From an uncultured Gemmatimonadales bacterium (GTDB taxonomy: Bacteria; Gemmatimonadota; Gemmatimonadetes; Gemmatimonadales; Gemmatimonadaceae), in the NCBI GenBank assembly GCA_963851265.1, contig CAWKNZ010000002.1, positions 1,766,486 to 1,830,485 on the forward strand: a stretch of 64,000 bases of DNA. The letters are read 5' to 3'. The notes below the pieces were generated by a model. The model saw only the letters and a program-made list of their open reading frames with translations, was not told the DNA's origin and ran no database searches. Within the stretch, counting starts at the first letter, position 1. Each line of letters opens with the position of its first letter. Both the position numbers and the translations under genes were made by a program. This document shows positions 53,861 to 64,000 of the stretch, piece by piece.

Positions 53861-54688
53861 CTACGCGGCTACTGCCGCTTCGGTGAGCGTCCCGGCCATC
53901 CGGTCGGGGCGCGGCACGATCGGCTTGTCGTTCCCGCGGAACGGCATCCCGAGCTCGCGCAGCAGCGCGAACGCGTGGTCGTCGCGCGTGGTCGTCGTCA
54001 CGAACGTGATGTCCATGCCGTGCACGCTCTCGACCATGTCGTAGTTGATCTCCGGGAAGATCATCTGCTCCTTCACGCCGAGGCTGTAGTTGCCGCGCCC
54101 GTCGAAGGAGCGCGTCCCCAGCCCGCGGAAGTCGCGGATGCGCGGGATCGCGACCGCGATGAAGCGGTCGAGGAACTCCCACATGCGCGCGCCGCGCAGC
54201 GTGACCATCGCGCCGATCTCCTGGCCCTCGCGCAGCCCGAAGTTGGCGATCGACTTCTTCGCCTTCCGGCGCACCGGCTTCTGCCCCGCGATGAGCGCCA
54301 GCTCCTCGACGACGGTGTCGAGCACGCGCGGCGTCTTGATCGCCTCGCCGACGCCGCAGTTGATCACGATCTTCTCGAGGTTCGGGATCTCGTGCACGTT
54401 GGTCAGCCCGAACTGCTGGCTGAGCCGCCCGCGCACGGTCTCGGTGTAGTACGCCTTGAGCCGCGGCGCCTGCACCGGCAGCCCCTCGCCGGCGTGGCTC
54501 TTCGGCGCGAGCGACTGGCGCTCGCCGCGGGCGCCGCCGGCCTTGGCCCCGCCCTTCGCGCCGCCCTTCGCGCCGCCCTTCGCCTGCGGCGCGGCGTTCT
54601 TGTTTCCCGGCGGGTTCTTGCCGCCGCTCTTCCCACCCTTCCCGCCCGCGGCGTTCTTGCCGCCCTTGGCGTTGTCCTTGGCTGCCAT
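53861..54688 (-). CDS. rplE: 50S ribosomal protein L5 with basic N-terminal extension
   Basis: [33 protein letters not shown]. Confidence 0.98.
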   Translation of the reverse strand: MAAKDNAKGGKNAAGGKGGKSGGKNPPGNKNAAPQAKGGAKGGAKGGAKAGGARGERQSLAPKSHAGEGLPVQAPRLKAYYTETVRGRLSQQFGLTNVHEIPNLEKIVINCGVGEAIKTPRVLDTVVEELALIAGQKPVRRKAKKSIANFGLREGQEIGAMVTLRGARMWEFLDRFIAVAIPRIRDFRGLGTRSFDGRGNYSLGVKEQMIFPEINYDMVESVHGMDITFVTTTTRDDHAFALLRELGMPFRGNDKPIVPRPDRMAGTLTEAAVAA

Positions 54689-54703
54689 GTCCGATGCCCT
54701 CCG

Positions 54704-55126
54704 TTAGTCGCGCGCGGCGCGCTCGGGCGCCGGGATCACGGCGCCGCTCTTGACGGCCACGCGCTCCTTGTTGCCCTCGGCGTCCGTCTGCTTGCGCGTG
54801 CGCGTCGGCTGCCCGGTCGTCGGGTCGACGAGCATCACCTTGCTGGCCGCGATCGGCGCGGGCACCTCGAGGATGCCGCTCTGCTCTTCGGGCCGGCGCG
54901 CGCGGCGGTGCTTCTTCACGATGTTGATGCCGTCGACGAGCACGCGGCCGGTCTTCGGGAACACCCGGAGCACCTTCCCCTGCCGGCCCCGGTCCTCCTC
55001 GGACCCGCGCATCACCTGCACGGTGTCGCCCGTGCGCACGTGCAGCTTCTGACGCTCGCCCTTGTTCGCGTGGCGCCCGCTCGAGAGCCGGACGCCTTCG
55101 GTCTTGCGGTACTTGAGAACGCGCAT
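54704..55126 (-). CDS. rplX: 50S ribosomal protein L24
   Basis: [12 protein letters not shown] motif, [10 protein letters not shown]. Confidence 0.96.
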   Translation of the reverse strand: MRVLKYRKTEGVRLSSGRHANKGERQKLHVRTGDTVQVMRGSEEDRGRQGKVLRVFPKTGRVLVDGINIVKKHRRARRPEEQSGILEVPAPIAASKVMLVDPTTGQPTRTRKQTDAEGNKERVAVKSGAVIPAPERAARD

Positions 55127-55127
55127 C

Positions 55128-55496
55128 TCAGAGCACCTCGGGGGCGAGCGAGACGATCTTCATGTAGCGCCGCTCGCGGAGCTCGCGCGCCACCGGGCCG
55201 AAGATGCGCGTCGCGCGCGGCTCCCCGGCGTCGTTGATGATCACCACCGCGTTCTCGTCGAAGCGGATGTAGCTCCCGTCCTTGCGGCGGGTCTCCTTCG
55301 CCGTGCGCACGACCACCGCCTTCGCGACGTCGCTCTTCTTCACGGTCCCGTTGGGCAGCGCGTCCTTCACCGCCACGATCACCTGGTCGCCCAGGCCGGC
55401 GTAGCGGCGCCCCGTGCCGCCGAGCACGCGGATCACGAGCGCGCGCTTCGCGCCCGAGTTGTCCGCGACCCGGACCATCGACTCCTGCTGAATCAT
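55128..55496 (-). CDS. rplN: 50S ribosomal protein L14
   Basis: [28 protein letters not shown]. Confidence 0.98.
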   Translation of the reverse strand: MIQQESMVRVADNSGAKRALVIRVLGGTGRRYAGLGDQVIVAVKDALPNGTVKKSDVAKAVVVRTAKETRRKDGSYIRFDENAVVIINDAGEPRATRIFGPVARELRERRYMKIVSLAPEVL

Positions 55497-55502
55497 CGCC
55501 GG

Positions 55503-55826
55503 TTACCTCGCGCGCTCGACGATCTCGACCACGCGCCACCGCTTGTCCTTCGACAGCGGGCGGGTCTCGACGATGCGGACGGTGTCGCCCTGCTTCGCCG
55601 AGTTCTCCTCGTCGTGCGCCTTAAACTTCTTGGACCGCGTCACCATCTTGCCGTAGATCGGGTGCGGCACGCGGCGGTCGATCTGCACGACCACGGTCTT
55701 CTGCATCTTGTCGCTGACGACGAGGCCGATGCGGACCTTGCGGCCCCCGTACGGCTTCTCGGCGCCCGCGGCGCCCGCGGCGGTGGTCGTCCCGCCGGCC
55801 GCCTGCGTTTGATTGTTCTCTGCCAT
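55503..55826 (-). CDS. rpsQ: 30S ribosomal protein S17
   Basis: [25 protein letters not shown]. Confidence 0.97.
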   Translation of the reverse strand: MAENNQTQAAGGTTTAAGAAGAEKPYGGRKVRIGLVVSDKMQKTVVVQIDRRVPHPIYGKMVTRSKKFKAHDEENSAKQGDTVRIVETRPLSKDKRWRVVEIVERAR

Positions 55827-55842
55827 TGATCGCTACTCCCGC

Positions 55843-56232
55843 TCAGGTCGTCGGTGCGGCCTGGCCGGCCGTGGTCGTGCGCTTGACACTCTTGCCGCCG
55901 CTGCCTTTCGGGCGACGCGCCGCCGACGGCTTCTTGCGGTTGGCCCGGTCGGCGGCCCGCAGCGTCGCGCGCTCGGCCGCCTTCCCCTGCCGCCGGTTTT
56001 CGCGGCGCCGCTCGGTCGGCGTCGCCGCCTTGGGCGCCGCGTCGATCTCGCGCTGCCGGAGCAGCGTGAGGATGCGCGCGATGTCGCGGCGCACCGTGCG
56101 CAGCCGTAGCGGCTGTTCCAGCGTCTCCGTCGCCGCGCGGAACTTGAGGCGGAATCGCTCCTCCTCCAGCTCGAGCACGCGCGCCCGAAGATCGGCGTCC
56201 GACATGCCGCGGATTTCGTCCGTGATGGGCAT
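55843..56232 (-). CDS. rpmC: 50S ribosomal protein L29 with basic C-terminal extension
   Basis: EIRGMS..DL...EERFRLKF...VRRDIARILT; located between rplP and rpsQ. Confidence 0.95.
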   Translation of the reverse strand: MPITDEIRGMSDADLRARVLELEEERFRLKFRAATETLEQPLRLRTVRRDIARILTLLRQREIDAAPKAATPTERRRENRRQGKAAERATLRAADRANRKKPSAARRPKGSGGKSVKRTTTAGQAAPTT

Positions 56233-56699
56233 CAGTGCTGTCCTCCGGCAGTCGCCTCGGCCGTCCCGGCGCCGGCCGCGGCCGTGTGGGCCTCCTCGCG
56301 GACGACGAACTTGCTTTTCACGCTCAGCTTGGCCGCCGCGAGCGCCATCGCCTGCTCGGCGACGTCGCGCGGCACCCCTTCGAGCTCGAACATCATGCGG
56401 CCGGGCTTGACGACGGCCACCCACGCCTCGGGCGATCCCTTGCCCTTCCCCATCCGGGTCTCGGCGGGCTTCTTCGTGATCGGCTTGTCGGGGAAGATCC
56501 GGATCCAGATCTTGCCGCCGCGCTTGATGCTCCGGCTGATCGCGACGCGGCACGCCTCGATCTGGCGGTTCGACACCCAGCCGGGCTCCATCGCCTGCAA
56601 CCCGAAGCTGCCGAACGAGACCTCGGAGCCGCGGTACGCGGTCCCGGTCATCCGGCCCTTGAACATCTTGCGGAACTTGACGCGCTTGGGACTCAGCAT
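56232..56699 (-). CDS. rplP: 50S ribosomal protein L16
   Basis: [25 protein letters not shown]. Confidence 0.98.
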   Translation of the reverse strand: MLSPKRVKFRKMFKGRMTGTAYRGSEVSFGSFGLQAMEPGWVSNRQIEACRVAISRSIKRGGKIWIRIFPDKPITKKPAETRMGKGKGSPEAWVAVVKPGRMMFELEGVPRDVAEQAMALAAAKLSVKSKFVVREEAHTAAAGAGTAEATAGGQH

Positions 56700-56716
56700 C
56701 TGTTAGACCCTCCGCC

Positions 56717-57385
56717 TCAGCTCGCGCTGGAGTAGGTGGACGTTCCCGAGCGGCGGCCGTCGACGACCTCGCCCTTGAACACCCAGACCTTCACGCCGAT
56801 GGTGCCGAACGTGGTCTTCGCGGTGCTCGTGGCGTAGTCGATGTCGGCGCGCAGCGTGTGGAGCGGCACGCGCCCCTCGTGGTAGCCCTCGACGCGCGCG
56901 ATCTCCGCGCCGCCGAGCCGCCCGCCCGCCTTCACCTTGATGCCCTGCGCGCCGGAGCGCATCGCGCTCTGCACGGCGCGCTTCATCGCGCGGCGGAAGC
57001 TCACGCGGCCGGCCAGCTGCTGCGCGATCGAGTCGGCGACCAGCTGCGCCTCGACCTCGGGGCGCTTGATCTCCTCGACGTTCACGCCGACTTCCTTGCC
57101 GGTCAGCTGCGCGAGCTCGTCGCGCAGCTTGTCGACCTCCGCGCCCTTCTTGCCGATCACCACGCCCGGGCGGCCGGTGTGGATCGTCACCACCACCTTG
57201 CCCGGCTTGCGTTCGATCGTCACGTCGGCGATCGCCGCGTGGCCCATGCGCTGCCGCAGGTACTTCCGGAGCAGCGCGTCTTCCTTCAACAGCGTCGGCA
57301 TCTCCTTCTTGCCGGCATACCACGTCGACCGGTGGTCGCGCGAGATGCCGAGCCGGAAGCCGATCGGGTGCGTCTTCTGTCCCAT
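56717..57385 (-). CDS. rpsC: 30S ribosomal protein S3
   Basis: [32 protein letters not shown]. Confidence 0.98.
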   Translation of the reverse strand: MGQKTHPIGFRLGISRDHRSTWYAGKKEMPTLLKEDALLRKYLRQRMGHAAIADVTIERKPGKVVVTIHTGRPGVVIGKKGAEVDKLRDELAQLTGKEVGVNVEEIKRPEVEAQLVADSIAQQLAGRVSFRRAMKRAVQSAMRSGAQGIKVKAGGRLGGAEIARVEGYHEGRVPLHTLRADIDYATSTAKTTFGTIGVKVWVFKGEVVDGRRSGTSTYSSAS

Positions 57386-57876
57386 CAGCGGGCCCCCTTG
57401 GTCGTGCCGGCCTTTTTGCCGGCGCGCTCGGCCACGACGATCTCGATGTGGCTCGTGCGCTTGTGGACGGGCGTGGCGCGCCCCATGGCCGCCGGCGTGA
57501 ACCGCTTGAGCTTGCGCCCCTCGTTCACGATGGCGAACGCCACGTACAGCGTGTCGACGTCGACGGCCGTGCCGTTGCGGCGCGCCGCGTCCTCGACGTT
57601 CGCGACCGCGCTCGACAGCGTCTTCGCGATCTCGTCGGACGCGTGCTTCTTGCTGAACTGCAGCAGCGCGAGCGCCTCGTTCACGCCCAGGCCGCGGATC
57701 TGGTCGATCACGAGGCGCATCTTGTAGGGCGACTGCCGCGTCCCGCGCTGGAAGGCGCGCGCCGCGTTCGGCAGCCCGAGGGCCCGCTCTGCGTTGAGGG
57801 CGCGCGCGAGGCCCGGCTTGCGGTGCGTCGGGAGGCGGTGCGGCGCGAGGGCCGGGACCGGCGTTGCGTTAGGCAT
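57385..57876 (-). CDS. rplV: 50S ribosomal protein L22
   Basis: [25 protein letters not shown]. Confidence 0.96.
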   Translation of the reverse strand: MPNATPVPALAPHRLPTHRKPGLARALNAERALGLPNAARAFQRGTRQSPYKMRLVIDQIRGLGVNEALALLQFSKKHASDEIAKTLSSAVANVEDAARRNGTAVDVDTLYVAFAIVNEGRKLKRFTPAAMGRATPVHKRTSHIEIVVAERAGKKAGTTKGAR

Positions 57877-57894
57877 GTGTCAGTGTCCCCCGGC

Positions 57895-58188
57895 TCAGCG
57901 CTTCGCGCCGCCGGCCTTCTTGTCGGTCTTCTGCGCGACGTGGCCGCGGAAGAGCCGCGTGGGCGAGAACTCGCCGAGCTTGTGCCCGACCATGTTCTCG
58001 GTCACGTAGACCGGGATGAACTTGTTGCCGTTGTGCACGGCGAAGGTGTGCCCGACGAACTCCGGAAGGATCGTCGACGCACGCGACCAGGTCTTCACGA
58101 CCCGCTTCTCGTTGCGGCCGTTCAGCGCGTCCACCTTGCCGAGCAAGGCGTCCTGCACGAACGGGCCCTTCTTGATACTCCGCGCCAT
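57895..58188 (-). CDS. rpsS: 30S ribosomal protein S19
   Basis: [25 protein letters not shown]. Confidence 0.98.
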   Translation of the reverse strand: MARSIKKGPFVQDALLGKVDALNGRNEKRVVKTWSRASTILPEFVGHTFAVHNGNKFIPVYVTENMVGHKLGEFSPTRLFRGHVAQKTDKKAGGAKR

Positions 58189-58214
58189 ATTCTAGGTCTC
58201 CTGTCGCCGGGCGG

Positions 58215-59045
58215 TTACTGCGTGGCCTTGCCGCGGCGACGGCCGCGCACGATCAGCCGGTTCGACGCCTTCTTCTTGTCGCGCGTCTTGACGCCTTCCT
58301 TCTTGCCCCACGGGCTGACGACGTTGCGCCCGCCGCGCGTGCGCCCGCCGTGCGGGTGGTCGACCGGGTTCATCACCTCGCCGCGCACCTTCGGGCGGTG
58401 GCCCATCCAGCGCGTCTTGCCGGCCTTGCCCCAGCTCACGAGCTCGTGCTCCGCGTTGCCGACCTCGCCGATCGTGGCGAGGCAGCGGCGGTGAATCATC
58501 CGCGTCTCGGTCGACGGCAGGCGGAGGGTGACGTACTCGCCCTCCTTCGCCACGACCTGGAGCGACGTGCCCGCCGAGCGCGCCATCTGCCCGCCCTTGC
58601 CCGGCTTGAGCTCGACGTTGTGCACCGACGTGCCGAGCGGCACTTCACCCAACGGCAGCGCATTCCCCGTGCGCACGTCCGAGCCCGGGCCCGCGGTGAC
58701 GGTGTCGCCCACCGACAGCCCCTTGGGGTGCAGGATGTAGCGCTTCTCGCCGTCGGGGTACTCGACGAGCGCGATGCGCGCCGAGCGGTTGGGATCGTAC
58801 TCGATGTGGCGGACCGTGGCGGCCACGCCCTGCTTGTTGCGCTTGAAATCGATGATGCGGTACTTCCGCTTGTTCCCGCCCCCGATGCGGCGCATCGAGA
58901 TGTGGCCGTGGTTGTCGCGGCCGCCCGAGCGCGGCAGCGCCTCGGTCAGCGACTTCTCGGGCGTGGTGCGGGTGATCTCGGAGAAGTCCGAGACGGTGCG
59001 GAAGCGCGTGCCCTTCGTGACGGGCTTGAACTGTCGGATCGCCAT
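58215..59045 (-). CDS. rplB: 50S ribosomal protein L2
   Basis: [27 protein letters not shown]. Confidence 0.98.
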   Translation of the reverse strand: MAIRQFKPVTKGTRFRTVSDFSEITRTTPEKSLTEALPRSGGRDNHGHISMRRIGGGNKRKYRIIDFKRNKQGVAATVRHIEYDPNRSARIALVEYPDGEKRYILHPKGLSVGDTVTAGPGSDVRTGNALPLGEVPLGTSVHNVELKPGKGGQMARSAGTSLQVVAKEGEYVTLRLPSTETRMIHRRCLATIGEVGNAEHELVSWGKAGKTRWMGHRPKVRGEVMNPVDHPHGGRTRGGRNVVSPWGKKEGVKTRDKKKASNRLIVRGRRRGKATQ

Positions 59046-59049
59046 TGGG

Positions 59050-59343
59050 TCAGCCCTCGAAGCCGAAGCCTTCGATCGTGTCGCCCTGGCGGAGCGTGAC
59101 GATCGCCTTCTTCCAGTGCGGGCGGCGGCCGAGGTTCGTGCCGACGCGCTTGGCCTTGCCCCGGACGTTCATCGTCCAGACCGCCGTGACCTTGACGCCG
59201 AAGAGCTTCTCGATCGCCTGGCGGATCTCCTGCTTGTTCGCGGCCGGGTTCACCTCGAACACGTACTCGCCCTTCTCCTGGTAGGCGAGCGACGTCTGTT
59301 CGGTGATGATCGGGCGCACGATGGTGCGGTGCAGCGTGGGCAT
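59050..59343 (-). CDS. rplW: 50S ribosomal protein L23
   Basis: PIITE, YVFEV...[13 protein letters not shown]. Confidence 0.96.
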   Translation of the reverse strand: MPTLHRTIVRPIITEQTSLAYQEKGEYVFEVNPAANKQEIRQAIEKLFGVKVTAVWTMNVRGKAKRVGTNLGRRPHWKKAIVTLRQGDTIEGFGFEG

Positions 59344-59345
59344 GG

Positions 59346-60104
59346 TTAGGCCTCCGCCTCGGTGGTGCCGCCCTGGGCGGTCGGGCCGTCCGCGGCCGCG
59401 GCTTCGCGCGCCCCGGCGGCGAGTTCGGCGAGCGCCGCCGCGTCCTCGGCCTCGGCCTTCGACGGCGCGGTGAGCGCCGCGCGCTCGACGACGACGACGT
59501 CGGACCAGAGGAGGTGGTAGGTGGACGCGTCCGAGTACGGCATCACGTGCACGTTCGGCGTGTTGCGCGCGCTCAGGTACGTCGCCTCGTGGATGCCGTC
59601 GGTGAGGACGAGCACCTTCTTCTCGGCGACGCCGAGGCGGCCGAGGAGGGCGAGCAGGTTCTTCGTGCTCGGCGCGTCCATCGCGAGCGACTCGATGATG
59701 AGCATGTCGCCCTCGCGAGCCCGGGCGTTGAACGCGCTCTTCCGCGCGAGCGCCTTGACCTTGCGGTTGATCCGCTGCGTGTAGTCGCGCGGCGTCGGGC
59801 CGAACACGGTGCCACCGCCCGGCCACTGCGGCGCGCGGATCGAACCCTGCCGCGCGCGGCCGGTGCCCTTCTGCTTCCAGGGCTTCTGGTTGCCGCCCGT
59901 GACCAGGCCGCGAGTTTTGGTCGACGCGGTGCCCTGGCGCTGGTTGGCGAGGTACGCCTTCACCACCTGGTGCATGACCGGCACGTTGACCGTGCCGTCG
60001 TAGAGCTCGGCGGGGAGCGTCACGCGCTCACCGCGCGCCGTGCCGTCCGCGGCGTACGACGCGGCCTCGAGGGCCGTCTGCGTGTTGTCGTTGATGTCAG
60101 TCAT
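59346..60104 (-). CDS. rplD: 50S ribosomal protein L4
   Basis: RQGTASTKTR, KPWKQKGTGRARQG, GGGTVFGP. Confidence 0.98.
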   Translation of the reverse strand: MTDINDNTQTALEAASYAADGTARGERVTLPAELYDGTVNVPVMHQVVKAYLANQRQGTASTKTRGLVTGGNQKPWKQKGTGRARQGSIRAPQWPGGGTVFGPTPRDYTQRINRKVKALARKSAFNARAREGDMLIIESLAMDAPSTKNLLALLGRLGVAEKKVLVLTDGIHEATYLSARNTPNVHVMPYSDASTYHLLWSDVVVVERAALTAPSKAEAEDAAALAELAAGAREAAAADGPTAQGGTTEAEA

Positions 60105-60108
60105 CGCG

Positions 60109-60792
60109 TCAGCCCTGCTTGCGCACGAGGACGATCCCGTTGGTCGGGCCGGCCACCGCGCCGCGGACGTAGATCAGGTTGCGCTCGGCGTCGACCTTCT
60201 CGACGCGGAGCCCCGCCTGGGTGTGCCGCTCGTCGCCGTAGTGCCCGGGCATCTTCTTGCCCTTGATGACGCGCGACGGGTCGGTGCCCGGCCCGATCGA
60301 GCCCGGCTTGCGGTGCTTCGTGTTGCCGTGCGTGTTGGGTCCGCCGCCGAAGCCGTGGCGCTTCACCACGCCCTGGAAACCGCGCCCCTTCGTGGTGCCG
60401 GTGACCTTGACGCGCTCGCCCGCGGCGAAGATGTCGACGCCGATGGTCTGCCCCGGCGCGTACGTCGGGACCTCCGGGTTCTTGCCTGGCGCGTCGTCGA
60501 GGCGGAAGGAGCGGAGGTGGCGCGGCGCGTAGTCGAGGCCCGCCTTCGCGGCGTGGCCCAACGCAGCCCGCGTCGCACGGCGGCCCTTGGGGGTCTTCTC
60601 GCCCGGCGCGTTCTCGCGCGGCGTGCGGAAGCGGCCGTACCCGAGCTCGACCGAGGCGTAGCCGGCGGTCGACTTGTCGAGCACCCGGGTGACCGGGTTC
60701 GGCTCGGCCTCGATGACCGTGACCGGGACCTGCTGGCCCTGCTCGTTGAAGATCTGGGTCATGCCCAGCTTCTTCCCGATGATGCCGATCAT
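60109..60792 (-). CDS. rplC: 50S ribosomal protein L3
   Basis: GKKLGMTQ, KGRGFQG..KRH, KGKKMPG. Confidence 0.98.
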   Translation of the reverse strand: MIGIIGKKLGMTQIFNEQGQQVPVTVIEAEPNPVTRVLDKSTAGYASVELGYGRFRTPRENAPGEKTPKGRRATRAALGHAAKAGLDYAPRHLRSFRLDDAPGKNPEVPTYAPGQTIGVDIFAAGERVKVTGTTKGRGFQGVVKRHGFGGGPNTHGNTKHRKPGSIGPGTDPSRVIKGKKMPGHYGDERHTQAGLRVEKVDAERNLIYVRGAVAGPTNGIVLVRKQG

Positions 60793-60977
60793 TGCTGATT
60801 CCTTGTATTAGTCGCGGCCCGCCGGCGACCCCTGTGTCGCCCGTGCGTTAGCAGAATTGCTGGCCGTTGGACTGTGAGCCCGGTCGCGGGGACGTGACCG
60901 TGTCGCGGCCGGAGCCGCGCGTGGTCGTGCGTGTCAGAGGTCCCCGCGAGTCGAACCCGTGTGTCGAGCAGCCGCGG

Positions 60978-61286
<309 letters not shown>

Positions 61287-61301
61287 GTGAGGCGGTCTCC
61301 C

Positions 61302-62495
<1,194 letters not shown>

Positions 62496-62536
62496 CGTAT
62501 TCGTCCCTTAGTGGTAAGTAGTCGTCGCTGACGGCG

Positions 62537-64000
62537 TTATGCCTTGACCTTCTGGATGATCTCGTCGGCCTTGGCCTTCGGGACCTCCTCGTAGTGCGCG
62601 AACTCCATCGAGTACACCGCGCGGCCCTGCGACATCGAGCGCAGCTTGGTCGAGTACCCGAACATCTCGGCGAGCGGCACGATCGCGTTGATCACCTGCG
62701 CCTCGCCCCGCTGGTCCATCCCGCCGATCTTGCCCCGGCGGCTCGAGATGTCGCCGAGCACGTCGCCCATGTAGGCGTCGGGGGTGACGACCTCGACCTT
62801 CATCACCGGCTCGAGCAGCGCGGGGTTCGCGCGCGCCGCCGCCTCCTTGAAGGCCATCGAGCCGGCGATCTTGAACGCCATTTCGCTCGAGTCGACCTCG
62901 TGGTACGACCCGAACACGAGCTGCACCTTGATGTCGACCATCGGGTAGCCCGCGAGGATGCCGTTCTCGAGCGCCTCCTTGATGCCCTGCTCGACCGGCC
63001 CGATGTATTCGCGCGGCACCACGCCGCCCACGATCTTGTCCTCGAACACGAAGCCCTGGCCCGGCTCGGCCGGCTCCATGTTGATGACCACGTGACCGTA
63101 CTGGCCCTTGCCGCCCGATTGCCGCACGAACTTCCCCTCGACCTTGTCGACGCGCTTCTTGATCGTCTCGCGGTAGGCCACCTGCGGGCGCCCCACGTTC
63201 GCGTCGACCTTGAACTCGCGCATCATGCGGTCGACGATGATCTCGAGGTGCAGCTCGCCCATCCCCGAGATGATCGTCTGCGCCGTCTCCGGGTCCGAGT
63301 GCACGCGGAACGTCGGGTCCTCTTCCGACAGCTTCTGGAGCGCGATCGCCAGCTTGTCCTGGTCGGCCTTCGTCTTCGGCTCGATGGCGACGTCGATGAC
63401 CGGCGCCGGGAACTTCATCGCCTCGAGAATGATCGGGTGGTCGTCGTCGCAGAGCGTGTCGCCCGTACGCGTGTCCTTGAGCCCGATCGCCGCGGCGATG
63501 TCGCCCGCGCGCACCTCGGTGATCTCGTCGCGCTTGTTGGCGTGCATCTGCAGCAGACGGCCGACGCGCTCGCGCTTGTCCTTCGTCGAGTTGTAGACGT
63601 ACGAGCCCGACGCGAGCACGCCCGAGTAGACGCGGAAGAAGGTCAGCTTTCCGACGAACGGATCCGTCGCGATCTTGAACGCGAGCGCCGCGAACGGCGC
63701 CTCGTCGCTCACGTCGCGCGTCTCGAACGTCTCGTCGTGGTGCGGCAGGTGCCCCTTCATCGCGGGGACGTCGCGCGGCGCCGGGAGGTAGTCGATCACC
63801 GCGTCGAGCAGCGCCTGCACGCCCTTGTTCTTGAACGAGGCGCCGCAGAGCACCGGGATGAACTCCATCGCGATCGTCGCCTTGCGGATCGCCTGGCGGA
63901 TCTCGTCGACCGTGAGCTCGTCGCCGGCGAGGTACTTCTCGATCAGCTCCTCGTCGTACTCGACCGAGGCCTCGATCGCGGCGAAGCGCGCGGCCTCGGC
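62537..64000 (-). CDS. fusA: Elongation factor G, 5' part outside the window
   Basis: [44 protein letters not shown]. Confidence 0.98.
   Translation of the reverse strand, partial: AEAARFAAIEASVEYDEELIEKYLAGDELTVDEIRQAIRKATIAMEFIPVLCGASFKNKGVQALLDAVIDYLPAPRDVPAMKGHLPHHDETFETRDVSDEAPFAALAFKIATDPFVGKLTFFRVYSGVLASGSYVYNSTKDKRERVGRLLQMHANKRDEITEVRAGDIAAAIGLKDTRTGDTLCDDDHPIILEAMKFPAPVIDVAIEPKTKADQDKLAIALQKLSEEDPTFRVHSDPETAQTIISGMGELHLEIIVDRMMREFKVDANVGRPQVAYRETIKKRVDKVEGKFVRQSGGKGQYGHVVINMEPAEPGQGFVFEDKIVGGVVPREYIGPVEQGIKEALENGILAGYPMVDIKVQLVFGSYHEVDSSEMAFKIAGSMAFKEAAARANPALLEPVMKVEVVTPDAYMGDVLGDISSRRGKIGGMDQRGEAQVINAIVPLAEMFGYSTKLRSMSQGRAVYSMEFAHYEEVPKAKADEIIQKVKA

Noticed and set aside
3642..59351. 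Integron cassette array suggested by GTTAGGC/GCCTAAC (GTTRRRY/RYYYAAC) sites
   Set aside because: Most sites lie inside essential genes, are not paired as attC hairpins flanking ORFs, and no integrase is present

Overview
Very GC-rich (roughly 70-75% by eye) bacterial core-chromosome segment; protein style and gene content suggest Gemmatimonadota (inference). The left 47 kb holds mostly minus-strand housekeeping and cell-envelope genes: a DUF5916-like outer-membrane protein, class II ribonucleotide reductase nrdJ, a peptidoglycan-recycling cluster (amidase, nagZ, anmK, murQ), ggt, an ABC exporter, a two-component pair, ccdA, priA, glyQS, ypdA, purA, a pilT-like ATPase, trpS and suhB. The right 17 kb is fusA-tuf plus the S10/spc ribosomal-protein superoperon, ending at secY-adk-map. 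I saw no mobile element, CRISPR array, tRNA or rRNA. Best leads: (1) a dispersed DNA word, (C)GTTAGGC/GCCTAAC(G), present at least 19 times in different reading frames and intergenic DNA; (2) a tightly coupled operon encoding a ubiquitin-fold protein, deacetylase, methyltransferase, orphan GvpL/F and Zn-ribbon Ser/Thr kinase; (3) a 16S helix-21 mimic (S8-binding core) covering the rpsH Shine-Dalgarno; (4) a ~180-nt rod-shaped RNA candidate with a central bubble; (5) long low-complexity extensions on many ribosomal proteins and an anomalous codon usage in tuf. All calls come from reading motifs by eye, with no database searches.
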